Below, piece after piece: positions 30,285 to 45,200 of a DNA stretch of 64,000 bases; within the stretch, counting starts at the first letter, position 1, and each line of letters starts with the position of its first letter. The translations under genes and the position numbers were made by a program. The notes beneath the pieces are model-generated. The model had not been told where the DNA came from, made no database searches, and saw only the letters and a program-made list of their open reading frames with translations. This DNA comes from Perkinsela sp. CCAP 1560/9 (taxonomy: Eukaryota; Protista; Euglenozoa: Kinetoplastea): NCBI GenBank assembly GCA_965644495.1, contig CBFFSA010000018.1, positions 182,952 through 246,951 of the forward strand, given 5' to 3'.

Positions 30285-33200
30285 TGACATCACGACTTCA
30301 ATCGCGGCGATTTGCGTGTGCGGTGCCTCGGATCGCGCAACGCAAATCCATCAACATTCGGAGCGCTCAATCACGAGTGCATAAATCTTATTTGGCGCAC
30401 CGCTGCGTGCTGCGCGTGGTCTCAGCTTTCGGTTCTCAGAAAAAGGCATATCAAAATTTTGTGACTTCACGACTTCAATCGCGGCGATTCGCGTGTGCGT
30501 TGTCTCGGATCGCGCAACGCAAATCCATCAACATTCGCAGCGCACACTCAAGAGTGCATAAATCTTATTTGGCGCACCGCTGCGTGCTGCGCGTGGTCCC
30601 AGCTTTCGGTTTTCAGAAAAAGGCATATCAAAGTTTTGCGACTTCACGACTTCGATCGCGGCGATTCGCGTGTGCGGTGCCTCGGATCGCGCAACGCAAA
30701 TCCATCAACATTCGGAGCGCGCAATCACGAGTGCATAAATCTTATTTGGCGCACCGCTACGTGCTTCGCGTGGTCTCAGCTTTCGGTTTTCAGAAAAAGG
30801 CATATCAAAGTTTTGTGACTTCACGACTTCAATCGAGGCGATTTGCGTGTGCGGTGCCTCGGATCGCGCAACGCAAATCCATCAACATTCGGAGCGCGCA
30901 CTCACGAGTGCATAAATCTTATTTGGCGCACCGCTGCGTGCTGCGCGTGGTCTCAGCTTTCGGTTCTCAGAAAAAGGCATATCAAAGTTTTGCGACTTCA
31001 CGACTTCAATCGAGGCGATTTGCGTGTGCGGTGCCTCGGATCGCGCAACGCAAATCCATCAACATTCGGAGCGCGCACTCACGAGTGCATAAATCTTATT
31101 TGGCGCACCGCTGCGTGCTGCGCGTGGTCTCAGCTTTCGGTTCTCAGAAAAAGGCATATCAAAGTTTTGCGACTTCACGACTTCGATCGCGGCGATTCGC
31201 GTGTGCGGTGCCTCGGATCGCGCAACGCAAATCCATCAACATTCGGAGCGCGCAATCACGAGTGCATAAATCTTATTTGGCGCACCGCTACGTGCTTCGC
31301 GTGGTCTCAGCTTTCGGTTTTCAGAAAAAGGCATATCAAAGTTTTGTGACTTCACGACTTCAATCGAGGCGATTTGCGTGTGCGGTGCCTCGGATCGCGC
31401 AACGCAAATCCATCAACATTCGGAGCGCGCACTCACGAGTGCATAAATCTTATTTGGCGCACCGCTACGTGCTGCGCGTGGTCTCAGCTTTCGGTTCTCA
31501 GAAAAAGGCATATCAAAGTTTTGCGACTTCACGACTTCAATCGAGGCGATTTGCGTGTGCGGTGCCTCGGATCGCGCAACGCAAATCCATCAACATTCGG
31601 AGCGCGCACTCACGAGTGCATAAATCTTATTTGGCGCACCGCTGCGTGCTGCGCGTGGTCTCAGCTTTCGGTTTTCAGAAAAAGGCATATCAAAGTTTTG
31701 CGACTTCACGACTTCGATCGCGGCGATTCGCGTGTGCGGTGCCTCGGATCGCGCAACGCAAATCCATCAACATTCGGAGCGCGCAATCACGAGTGCATAA
31801 ATCTTATTTGGCGCACCGCTACGTGCTTCGCGTGGTCTCAGCTTTCGGTTTTCAGAAAAAGGCATATCAAAGTTTTGTGACTTCACGACTTCAATCGAGG
31901 CGATTTGCGTGTGCGGTGCCTCGGATCGCGCAACGCAAATCCATCAACATTCGGAGCGCGCACTCACGAGTGCATAAATCTTATTTGGCGCACCGCTACG
32001 TGCTTCGCGTGGTCTCAGCTTTCGGTTTTCAGAAAAAGGCATATCAAAGTTTTGTGACTTCACGACTTCAATCGAGGCGATTTGCGTGTGCGGTGCCTCG
32101 GATCGCGCAACGCAAATCCATCAACATTCGGAGCGCGCAATCACGAGTGCATAAATCTTATTTGGCGCACCGCTACGTGCTTCGCGTGGTCTCAGCTTTC
32201 GGTTTTCAGAAAAAGGCATATCAAAGTTTTGTGACTTCACGACTTCAATCGAGGCGATTTGCGTGTGCGGTGCCTCGGATCGCGCAACGCAAATCCATCA
32301 ACATTCGGAGCGCGCACTCACGAGTGCATAAATCTTATTTGGCGCACCGCTGCGTGCTGCGCGTGGTCTCAGCTTTCGGTTCTCAGAAAAAGGCATATCA
32401 AAGTTTTGTGACTTCACGACTTCAATCGAGGCGATTTGCGTGTGCGGTGCCTCGGATCGCGCAACGCAAATCCATCAACATTCGGAGCGCGCACTCACGA
32501 GTGCATAAATCTTATTTGGCGCACCGCTGCGTGCTGCGCGTGGTCTCAGCTTTCGGTTCTCAGAAAAAGGCATATCAAAGTTTTGCGACTTCACGACTTC
32601 GATCGCGGCGATTTGCGTGTGCGGTGCCTCGGATCGCGCAACGCAAATCCATCAACATTCGGAGCGCGCACTCACGAGTGCATAAATCTTATTTGGCGCA
32701 CCGCTGCGTGCTGCGCGTGGTCTCAGCTTTCGGTTTTCAGAAAAAGGCATATCAAAGTTTTGCGACTTCACGACTTCAATCGAGGCGATTTGCGTGTGCG
32801 GTGCCTCGGATCGCGCAACGCAAATCCATCAACATTCGGAGCGCGCACTCACGAGTGCATAAATCTTATTTGGCGCACCGCTGCGTGCTGCGCGTGGTCT
32901 CAGCTTTCGGTTCTCAGAAAAAGGCATATCAAAGTTTTGCGACTTCATGACTTCAATCGAGGCGATTTGCGTGTGCGGTGCCTCGGATCGCGCAACGCAA
33001 ATCCATAAACATTCGGAGCGCTCAATCACGAGTTCATAAATCTTATTTGGCGCACCGCTGCGTGCTGCGCGTGGTCTCAGCTTTCGGTTCTCAGAAAAAG
33101 GCATATCAAAATTTTGTGACTTCACGACTTCAATCGCGGCGATTTGCGAGTGCGTTGTCTCGGATCGCGCAACGCAAATCCATCAACATTCACAGCGCAC

Positions 33201-36200
33201 ACTCAAGAGTGCATAAATCCACTTTGGCGCACCGCTGCGTGCTGCGCGTGGTCTCAGCTTTCGGTTCTCAGAAAAAGGCATATCAAAGTTTTGTGACTTC
33301 ACGACTTCAATCGAGGCGATTTGCGTGTGCGGTGCCTCGGATCGCGCAACGCAAATCCATCAACATTCGGAGCGCGCACTCACGAGTGCATAAATCTTAT
33401 TTGGCGCACCGCTGCGTGCTGCGCGTGGTCTCAGCTTTCGGTTCTCAGAAAAAGGCATATCAAAGTTTTGCGACTTCACGACTTCGATCGCGGCGATTTG
33501 CGTGTGCGGTGCCTCGGATCGCGCAACGCAAATCCATCAACATTCGGAGCGCGCACTCACGAGTGCATAAATCTTATTTGGCGCACCGCTGCGTGCTGCG
33601 CGTGGTCTCAGCTTTCGGTTCTCAGAAAAAGGCATATCAAAGTTTTGCGACTTCACGACTTCAATCGAGGCGATTTGCGTGTGCGGTGCCTCGGATCGCG
33701 CAACGCAAATCCATCAACATTCGGAGCGCGCACTCACGAGTGCATAAATCTTATTTGGCGCACCGCTGCGTGCTGCGCGTGGTCTCAGCTTTCGGTTCTC
33801 AGAAAAAGGCATATCAAAGTTTTGCGACTTCACGACTTCGATCGCGGCGATTTGCGTGTGCGGTGCCTCGGATCGCGCAACGCAAATCCATCAACATTCG
33901 GAGCGCGCACTCACGAGTGCATAAATCTTATTTGGCGCACCGCTGCGTGCTGCGCGTGGTCTCAGCTTTCGGTTCTCAGAAAAAGGCATATCAAAGTTTT
34001 GTGACTTCACGACTTCAATCGAGGCGATTTGCGTGTGCGGTGCCTCGGATCGCGCAACGCAAATCCATCAACATTCGGAGCGCGCACTCACGAGTGCATA
34101 AATCTTATTTGGCGCACCGCTGCGTGCTGCGCGTGGTCTCAGCTTTCGGTTCTCAGAAAAAGGCATATCAAAGTTTTGCGACTTCACGACTTCGATCGCG
34201 GCGATTTGCGTGTGCGGTGCCTCGGATCGCGCAACGCAAATCCATCAACATTCGGAGCGCGCACTCACGAGTGCATAAATCTTATTTGGCGCACCGCTGC
34301 GTGCTGCGCGTGGTCTCAGCTTTCGGTTTTCAGAAAAAGGCATATCAAAGTTTTGCGACTTCACGACTTCAATCGAGGCGATTTGCGTGTGCGGTGCCTC
34401 GGATCGCGCAACGCAAATCCATCAACATTCGGAGCGCGCACTCACGAGTGCATAAATCTTATTTGGCGCACCGCTGCGTGCTGCGCGTGGTCTCAGCTTT
34501 CGGTTCTCAGAAAAAGGCATATCAAAGTTTTGTGACTTCACGACTTCAATCGAGGCGATTTGCGTGTGCGGTGCCTCGGATCGCGCAACGCAAATCCATC
34601 AACATTCGGAGCGCGCACTCACGAGTGCATAAATCTTATTTGGCGCACCGCTGCGTGCTGCGCGTGGTCTCAGCTTTCGGTTCTCAGAAAAAGGCATATC
34701 AAAGTTTTGCGACTTCACGACTTCGATCGCGGCGATTTGCGTGTGCGGTGCCTCGGATCGCGCAACGCAAATCCATCAACATTCGGAGCGCGCACTCACG
34801 AGTGCATAAATCTTATTTGGCGCACCGCTGCGTGCTGCGCGTGGTCTCAGCTTTCGGTTTTCAGAAAAAGGCATATCAAAGTTTTGCGACTTCACGACTT
34901 CAATCGAGGCGATTTGCGTGTGCGGTGCCTCGGATCGCGCAACGCAAATCCATCAACATTCGGAGCGCGCACTCACGAGTGCATAAATCTTATTTGGCGC
35001 ACCGCTGCGTGCTGCGCGTGGTCTCAGCTTTCGGTTTTCAGAAAAAGGCATATCAAAGTTTTGCGACTTCACGACTTCAATCGAGGCGATTTGCGTGTGC
35101 GGTGCCTCGGATCGCGCAACGCAAATCCATCAACATTCGGAGCGCGCACTCACGAGTGCATAAATCTTATTTGGCGCACCGCTGCGTGCTGCGCGTGGTC
35201 TCAGCTTTCGGTTCTCAGAAAAAGGCATATCAAAGTTTTGTGACTTCACGACTTCAATCGAGGCGATTTGCGTGTGCGGTGCCTCGGATCGCGCAACGCA
35301 AATCCATCAACATTCGCAGCGCACACTCAAGAGTGCATAAATCTTATTTGGCGCACCGCTGCGTGCTGCGCGTGGTGCCAGCTTTCGGTTTTCAGAAAAA
35401 GGCATATCAAAGTTTTGCGACTTCACGACTTCGATCGCGGCGATTCGCGTGTGCGGTGCCTCGGATCGCGCAACGCAAATCCATCAACATTCGGAGCGCG
35501 CAATCACGAGTGCATAAATCTTATTTGGCGCACCGCTACGTGCTTCGCGTGGTCTCAGCTTTCGGTTTTCAGAAAAAGGCATATCAAAGTTTTGTGACTT
35601 CACGACTTCAATCGAGGCGATTTGCGTGTGCGGTGCCTCGGATCGCGCAACGCAAATCCATCAACATTCGGAGCGCGCACTCACGAGTGCATAAATCTTA
35701 TTTGGCGCACCGCTGCGTGCTGCGCGTGGTCTCAGCTTTCGGTTCTCAGAAAAAGGCATATCAAAGTTTTGTGACTTCACGACTTCAATCGAGGCGATTT
35801 GCGTGTGCGGTGCCTCGGATCGCGCAACGCAAATCCATCAACATTCGGAGCGCGCACTCACGAGTGCATAAATCTTATTTGGCGCACCGCTGCGTGCTGC
35901 GCGTGGTCTCAGCTTTCGGTTCTCAGAAAAAGGCATATCAAAGTTTTGCGACTTCACGACTTCGATCGCGGCGATTTGCGTGTGCGGTGCCTCGGATCGC
36001 GCAACGCAAATCCATCAACATTCGGAGCGCGCACTCACGAGTGCATAAATCTTATTTGGCGCACCGCTGCGTGCTGCGCGTGGTCTCAGCTTTCGGTTTT
36101 CAGAAAAAGGCATATCAAAGTTTTGCGACTTCACGACTTCAATCGTGGCGATTTGCGTGTGCGGTGCCTCGGATCGCGCAACGCAAATCCATCAACATTC

Positions 36201-39200
36201 GGAGCGCGCACTCACGAGTGCATAAATCTTATTTGGCGCACCGCTGCGTGCTGCGCGTGGTCTCAGCTTTCGGTTCTCAGAAAAAGGCATATCAAAGTTT
36301 TGCGACTTCATGACTTCAATCGAGGCGATTTGCGTGTGCGGTGCCTCGGATCGCGCAACGCAAATCCATAAACATTCGGAGCGCTCAATCACGAGTTCAT
36401 AAATCTTATTTGGCGCACCGCTGCGTGCTGCGCGTGGTCTCAGCTTTCGGTTCTCAGAAAAAGGCATATCAAAATTTTGTGACTTCACGACTTCAATCGC
36501 GGCGATTTGCGAGTGCGTTGTCTCGGATCGCGCAACGCAAATCCATCAACATTCACAGCGCACACTCAAGAGTGCATAAATCCACTTTGGCGCACCGCTG
36601 CGTGCTGCGCGTGGTCTCAGCTTTCGGTTCTCAGAAAAAGGCATATCAAAGTTTTGTGACTTCACGACTTCAATCGAGGCGATTTGCGTGTGCGGTGCCT
36701 CGGATCGCGCAACGCAAATCCATCAACATTCGGAGCGCGCACTCACGAGTGCATAAATCTTATTTGGCGCACCGCTGCGTGCTGCGCGTGGTCTCAGCTT
36801 TCGGTTCTCAGAAAAAGGCATATCAAAGTTTTGCGACTTCACGACTTCGATCGCGGCGATTTGCGTGTGCGGTGCCTCGGATCGCGCAACGCAAATCCAT
36901 CAACATTCGGAGCGCGCACTCACGAGTGCATAAATCTTATTTGGCGCACCGCTGCGTGCTGCGCGTGGTCTCAGCTTTCGGTTCTCAGAAAAAGGCATAT
37001 CAAAGTTTTGCGACTTCACGACTTCAATCGAGGCGATTTGCGTGTGCGGTGCCTCGGATCGCGCAACGCAAATCCATCAACATTCGGAGCGCGCACTCAC
37101 GAGTGCATAAATCTTATTTGGCGCACCGCTGCGTGCTGCGCGTGGTCTCAGCTTTCGGTTCTCAGAAAAAGGCATATCAAAGTTTTGCGACTTCACGACT
37201 TCGATCGCGGCGATTTGCGTGTGCGGTGCCTCGGATCGCGCAACGCAAATCCATCAACATTCGGAGCGCGCACTCACGAGTGCATAAATCTTATTTGGCG
37301 CACCGCTGCGTGCTGCGCGTGGTCTCAGCTTTCGGTTCTCAGAAAAAGGCATATCAAAGTTTTGTGACTTCACGACTTCAATCGAGGCGATTTGCGTGTG
37401 CGGTGCCTCGGATCGCGCAACGCAAATCCATCAACATTCGGAGCGCGCACTCACGAGTGCATAAATCTTATTTGGCGCACCGCTACGTGCTGCGCGTGGT
37501 CTCAGCTTTCGGTTCTCAGAAAAAGGCATATCAAAGTTTTGCGACTTCACGACTTCAATCGAGGCGATTTGCGTGTGCGGTGCCTCGGATCGCGCAACGC
37601 AAATCCATCAACATTCGGAGCGCGCACTCACGAGTGCATAAATCTTATTTGGCGCACCGCTGCGTGCTGCGCGTGGTCTCAGCTTTCGGTTCTCAGAAAA
37701 AGGCATATCAAAGTTTTGCGACTTCACGACTTCGATCGCGGCGATTTGCGTGTGCGGTGCCTCGGATCGCGCAACGCAAATCCATCAACATTCGGAGCGC
37801 GCACTCACGAGTGCATAAATCTTATTTGGCGCACCGCTGCGTGCTGCGCGTGGTCTCAGCTTTCGGTTTTCAGAAAAAGGCATATCAAAGTTTTGCGACT
37901 TCACGACTTCAATCGAGGCGATTTGCGTGTGCGGTGCCTCGGATCGCGCAACGCAAATCCATCAACATTCGGAGCGCGCACTCACGAGTGCATAAATCTT
38001 ATTTGGCGCACCGCTGCGTGCTGCGCGTGGTCTCAGCTTTCGGTTCTCAGAAAAAGGCATATCAAAGTTTTGTGACTTCACGACTTCAATCGAGGCGATT
38101 TGCGTGTGCGGTGCCTCGGATCGCGCAACGCAAATCCATCAACATTCGGAGCGCGCACTCACGAGTGCATAAATCTTATTTGGCGCACCGCTGCGTGCTG
38201 CGCGTGGTCTTAGCTTTCGGTTCTCAGAAAAAGGCATATCAAAGTTTTGCGACTTCACGACTTCGATCGCGGCGATTTGCGTGTGCGGTGCCTCGGATCG
38301 CGCAACGCAAATCCATCAACATTCGGAGCGCGCACTCACGAGTGCATAAATCTTATTTGGCGCACCGCTGCGTGCTGCGCGTGGTCTCAGCTTTCGGTTT
38401 TCAGAAAAAGGCATATCAAAGTTTTGCGACTTCACGACTTCAATCGAGGCGATTTGCGTGTGCGGTGCCTCGGATCGCGCAACGCAAATCCATCAACATT
38501 CGGAGCGCGCACTCACGAGTGCATAAATCTTATTTGGCGCACCGCTGCGTGCTGCGCGTGGTCTCAGCTTTCGGTTCTCAGAAAAAGGCATATCAAAGTT
38601 TTGCGACTTCACGACTTCGATCGAGGCGATTTGCGTGTGCGGTGCCTCGGATCGCGCAACGCAAATCCATCAACATTCGGAGCGCGCACTCACGAGTGCA
38701 TAAATCTTATTTGGCGCACCGCTGCGTGCTGCGCGTGGTCTCAGCTTTCGGTTTTCAGAAAAAGGCATATCAAAGTTTTGCGACTTCACGACTTCAATCG
38801 AGGCGATTTGCGTGTGCGGTGCCTCGGATCGCGCAACGCAAATCCATCAACATTCGGAGCGCGCACTCACGAGTGCATAAATCTTATTTGGCGCACCGCT
38901 GCGTGCTGCGCGTGGTCTCAGCTTTCGGTTCTCAGAAAAAGGCATATCAAAGTTTTGTGACTTCACGACTTCAATCGAGGCGATTTGCGTGTGCGGTGCC
39001 TCGGATCGCGCAACGCAAATCCATCAACATTCGGAGCGCGCACTCACGAGTGCATAAATCTTATTTGGCGCACCGCTGCGTGCTGCGCGTGGTCTCAGCT
39101 TTCGGTTCTCAGAAAAAGGCATATCAAAGTTTTGCGACTTCACGACTTCGATCGCGGCGATTTGCGTGTGCGGTGCCTCGGATCGCGCAACGCAAATCCA

Positions 39201-42200
39201 TCAACATTCGGAGCGCGCACTCAAGAGTGCATAAATCCACTTTGGCGCACCGCTGCGTGCTGCGCGTGGTCTCAGCTTTCGGTTCTCAGAAAAAGGCATA
39301 TCAAAGTTTTGTGACTTCACGACTTCAATCGAGGCGATTTGCGTGTGCGGTGCCTCGGATCGCGCAACGCAAATCCATCAACATTCGGAGCGCGCACTCA
39401 CGAGTGCATAAATCTTATTTGGCGCACCGCTGCGTGCTGCGCGTGGTCTCAGCTTTCGGTTCTCAGAAAAAGGCATATCAAAGTTTTGCGACTTCACGAC
39501 TTCGATCGCGGCGATTTGCGTGTGCGGTGCCTCGGATCGCGCAACGCAAATCCATCAACATTCGGAGCGCGCACTCACGAGTGCATAAATCTTATTTGGC
39601 GCACCGCTGCGTGCTGCGCGTGGTCTCAGCTTTCGGTTCTCAGAAAAAGGCATATCAAAGTTTTGCGACTTCACGACTTCAATCGAGGCGATTTGCGTGT
39701 GCGGTGCCTCGGATCGCGCAACGCAAATCCATCAACATTCGGAGCGCGCACTCACGAGTGCATAAATCTTATTTGGCGCACCGCTGCGTGCTGCGCGTGG
39801 TCTCAGCTTTCGGTTCTCAGAAAAAGGCATATCAAAGTTTTGCGACTTCACGACTTCAATCGAGGCGATTTGCGTGTGCGGTGCCTCGGATCGCGCAACG
39901 CAAATCCATCAACATTCGGAGCGCGCACTCACGAGTGCATAAATCTTATTTGGCGCACCGCTGCGTGCTGCGCGTGGTCTCAGCTTTCGGTTTTCAGAAA
40001 AAGGCATATCAAAGTTTTGCGACTTCACGACTTCAATCGAGGCGATTCGCGTGTGCGTTGTCTCGGATCGCGCAACGCAAATCCATCAACACTCGGAGCG
40101 CACACTCACGAGTGTATAAATCCACTTTGGCGCACCGCTGCGTGCTGCGCGTGGTCCCAGCTTTCGGTTTTCAGAAAAAGGCATATCAAAGTTTTGCGAC
40201 TTCACGACTTCGATCGCGGCGATTTGCGTGTGCGGTGCCTCGGATCGCGCAACGCAAATCCATCAACATTCGGAGCGCGCACTCACGAGTGCATAAATCT
40301 TATTTGGCGCACCGCTGCGTGCTGCGCGTGGTCTCAGCTTTCGGTTCTCAGAAAAAGGCATATCAAAGTTTTGTGACTTCACGACTTCAATCGAGGCGAT
40401 TTGCGTGTGCGGTGCCTCGGATCGCGCAACGCAAATCCATCAACATTCGGAGCGCGCACTCACGAGTGCATAAATCTTATTTGGCGCACCGCTGCGTGCT
40501 GCGCGTGGTCTCAGCTTTCGGTTCTCAGAAAAAGGCATATCAAAGTTTTGCGACTTCACGACTTCGATCGCGGCGATTTGCGTGTGCGGTGCCTCGGATC
40601 GCGCAACGCAAATCCATCAACATTCGGAGCGCGCACTCACGAGTGCATAAATCTTATTTGGCGCACCGCTGCGTGCTGCGCGTGGTCTCAGCTTTCGGTT
40701 CTCAGAAAAAGGCATATCAAAGTTTTGCGACTTCACGACTTCAATCGAGGCGATTTGCGTGTGCGGTGCCTCGGATCGCGCAACGCAAATCCATCAACAT
40801 TCGGAGCGCGCACTCACGAGTGCATAAATCTTATTTGGCGCACCGCTGCGTGCTGCGCGTGGTCTCAGCTTTCGGTTCTCAGAAAAAGGCATATCAAAGT
40901 TTTGCGACTTCACGACTTCAATCGAGGCGATTTGCGTGTGCGGTGCCTCGGATCGCGCAACGCAAATCCATCAACATTCGGAGCGCGCACTCACGAGTGC
41001 ATAAATCTTATTTGGCGCACCGCTGCGTGCTGCTCGTGGTCTCAGCTTTCGGTTTTCAGAAAAAGGCATATCAAAGTTTTGCGACTTCACGACTTCAATC
41101 GAGGCGATTCGCGTGTGCGTTGTCTCGGATCGCGCAACGCAAATCCATCAACACTCGGAGCGCACACTCACGAGTGTATAAATCCACTTTGGCGCACCGC
41201 TGCGTGCTGCGCGTGGTCCCAGCTTTCGGTTTTCAGAAAAAGGCATATCAAAGTTTTGCGACTTCACGACTTCGATCGCGGCGATTTGCGTGTGCGGTGC
41301 CTCGGATCGCGCAACGCAAATCCATCAACATTCGGAGCGCGCACTCACGAGTGCATAAATCTTATTTGGCGCACCGCTGCGTGCTGCGCGTGGTCTCAGC
41401 TTTCGGTTCTCAGAAAAAGGCATATCAAAGTTTTGTGACTTCACGACTTCAATCGAGGCGATTTGCGTGTGCGGTGCCTCGGATCGCGCAACGCAAATCC
41501 ATCAACATTCGGAGCGCGCACTCACGAGTGCATAAATCTTATTTGGCGCACCGCTGCGTGCTGCGCGTGGTCTCAGCTTTCGGTTCTCAGAAAAAGGCAT
41601 ATCAAAGTTTTGCGACTTCACGACTTCGATCGCGGCGATTTGCGTGTGCGGTGCCTCGGATCGCGCAACGCAAATCCATCAACATTCGGAGCGCGCACTC
41701 ACGAGTGCATAAATCTTATTTGGCGCACCGCTGCGTGCTGCGCGTGGTCTCAGCTTTCGGTTTTCAGAAAAAGGCATATCAAAGTTTTGCGACTTCACGA
41801 CTTCAATAGAGGCGATTTGCGTGTGCGGTGCCTCGGATCGCGCAACGCAAATCCATCAACATTCGGAGCGCGCACTCACGAGTGCATAAATCTTATTTGG
41901 CGCACCGCTGCGTGCTGCGCGTGGTCTCAGCTTTCGGTTCTCAGAAAAAGGCATATCAAAGTTTTGTGACTTCACGACTTCAATCGAGGCGATTTGCGTG
42001 TGCGGTGCCTCGGATCGCGCAACGCAAATCCATCAACATTCGGAGCGCGCACTCACGAGTGCATAAATCTTATTTGGCGCACCGCTGCGTGCTGCGCGTG
42101 GTCTCAGCTTTCGGTTCTCAGAAAAAGGCATATCAAAGTTTTGCGACTTCACGACTTCGATCGCGGCGATTTGCGTGTGCGGTGCCTCGGATCGCGCAAC

Positions 42201-45200
42201 GCAAATCCATCAACATTCGGAGCGCGCACTCACGAGTGCATAAATCTTATTTGGCGCACCGCTGCGTGCTGCGCGTGGTCTCAGCTTTCGGTTTTCAGAA
42301 AAAGGCATATCAAAGTTTTGCGACTTCACGACTTCAATCGAGGCGATTTGCGTGTGCGGTGCCTCGGATCGCGCAACGCAAATCCATCAACATTCGGAGC
42401 GCGCACTCACGAGTGCATAAATCTTATTTGGCGCACCGCTGCGTGCTGCGCGTGGTCTCAGCTTTCGGTTTTCAGAAAAAGGCATATCAAAGTTTTGCGA
42501 CTTCACGACTTCGATCGCGGCGATTTGCGTGTGCGGTGCCTCGGATCGCGCAACGCAAATCCATCAACATTCGGAGCGCGCACTCACGAGTGCATAAATC
42601 TTATTTGGCGCACCGCTGCGTGCTGCGCGTGGTCTCAGCTTTCGGTTTTCAGAAAAAGGCATATCAAAGTTTTGCGACTTCACGACTTCAATCGAGGCGA
42701 TTTGCGTGTGCGGTGCCTCGGATCGCGCAACGCAAATCCATAAACATTCGGAGCGCTCAATCACGAGTTCATAAATCTTATTTGGCGCACCGCTGCGTGC
42801 TGCGCGTGGTCTCAGCTTTCGGTTCTCAGAAAAAGGCATATCAAAATTTTGTGACTTCACGACTTCAATCGCGGCGATTTGCGAGTGCGTTGTCTCGGAT
42901 CGCGCAACGCAAATCCATCAACATTCACAGCGCACACTCAAGAGTGCATAAATCCACTTTGGCGCACCGCTGCGTGCTGCGCGTGGTCTCAGCTTTCGGT
43001 TCTCAGAAAAAGGCATATCAAAGTTTTGTGACTTCACGACTTCAATCGAGGCGATTTGCGTGTGCGGTGCCTCGGATCGCGCAACGCAAATCCATCAACA
43101 TTCGGAGCGCGCACTCACGAGTGCATAAATCTTATTTGGCGCACCGCTGCGTGCTGCGCGTGGTCTCAGCTTTCGGTTCTCAGAAAAAGGCATATCAAAG
43201 TTTTGCGACTTCACGACTTCGATCGCGGCGATTTGCGTGTGCGGTGCCTCGGATCGCGCAACGCAAATCCATCAACATTCGGAGCGCGCACTCACGAGTG
43301 CATAAATCTTATTTGGCGCACCGCTGCGTGCTGCGCGTGGTCTCAGCTTTCGGTTCTCAGAAAAAGGCATATCAAAGTTTTGCGACTTCACGACTTCAAT
43401 CGAGGCGATTTGCGTGTGCGGTGCCTCGGATCGCGCAACGCAAATCCATCAACATTCGGAGCGCGCACTCACGAGTGCATAAATCTTATTTGGCGCACCG
43501 CTGCGTGCTGCGCGTGGTCTCAGCTTTCGGTTCTCAGAAAAAGGCATATCAAAGTTTTGTGACTTCACGACTTCAATCGAGGCGATTTGCGTGTGCGGTG
43601 CCTCGGATCGCGCAACGCAAATCCATCAACATTCGGAGCGCGCACTCACGAGTGCATAAATCTTATTTGGCGCACCGCTGCGTGCTGCGCGTGGTCTCAG
43701 CTTTCGGTTCTCAGAAAAAGGCATATCAAAGTTTTGCGACTTCACGACTTCGATCGCGGCGATTTGCGTGTGCGGTGCCTCGGATCGCGCAACGCAAATC
43801 CATCAACATTCGGAGCGCGCACTCACGAGTGCATAAATCTTATTTGGCGCACCGCTGCGTGCTGCGCGTGGTCTCAGCTTTCGGTTCTCAGAAAAAGGCA
43901 TATCAAAGTTTTGCGACTTCACGACTTCAATCGAGGCGATTTGCGTGTGCGGTGCCTCGGATCGCGCAACGCAAATCCATCAACATTCGGAGCGCGCACT
44001 CACGAGTGCATAAATCCACTTTGGCGCACCGCTGCGTGCTGCGCGTGGTCTCAGCTTTCGGTTCTCAGAAAAAGGCATATCAAAGTTTTGTGACTTCACG
44101 ACTTCAATCGAGGCGATTTGCGTGTGCGGTGCCTCGGATCGCGCAACGCAAATCCATCAACATTCGGAGCGCGCACTCACGAGTGCATAAATCTTATTTG
44201 GCGCACCGCTGCGTGCTGCGCGTGGTCTCAGCTTTCGGTTCTCAGAAAAAGGCATATCAAAGTTTTGCGACTTCACGACTTCGATCGCGGCGATTTGCGT
44301 GTGCGGTGCCTCGGATCGCGCAACGCAAATCCATCAACATTCGGAGCGCGCACTCACGAGTGCATAAATCTTATTTGGCGCACCGCTGCGTGCTGCGCGT
44401 GGTCTCAGCTTTCGGTTTTCAGAAAAAGGCATATCAAAGTTTTGCGACTTCACGACTTCAATCGAGGCGATTTGCGTGTGCGGTGCCTCGGATCGCGCAA
44501 CGCAAATCCATCAACATTCGGAGCGCGCACTCACGAGTGCATAAATCTTATTTGGCGCACCGCTGCGTGCTGCGCGTGGTCTCAGCTTTCGGTTCTCAGA
44601 AAAAGGCATATCAAAGTTTTGTGACTTCACGACTTCAATCGAGGCGATTTGCGTGTGCGGTGCCTCGGATCGCGCAACGCAAATCCATCAACATTCGGAG
44701 CGCGCACTCACGAGTGCATAAATCTTATTTGGCGCACCGCTGCGTGCTGCGCGTGGTCTTAGCTTTCGGTTCTCAGAAAAAGGCATATCAAAGTTTTGCG
44801 ACTTCACGACTTCGATCGCGGCGATTTGCGTGTGCGGTGCCTCGGATCGCGCAACGCAAATCCATCAACATTCGGAGCGCGCACTCACGAGTGCATAAAT
44901 CTTATTTGGCGCACCGCTGCGTGCTGCGCGTGGTCTCAGCTTTCGGTTTTCAGAAAAAGGCATATCAAAGTTTTGCGACTTCACGACTTCAATCGAGGCG
45001 ATTTGCGTGTGCGGTGCCTCGGATCGCGCAACGCAAATCCATCAACATTCGGAGCGCGCACTCACGAGTGCATAAATCTTATTTGGCGCACCGCTGCGTG
45101 CTGCGCGTGGTCTCAGCTTTCGGTTCTCAGAAAAAGGCATATCAAAGTTTTGCGACTTCACGACTTCGATCGAGGCGATTTGCGTGTGCGGTGCCTCGGA

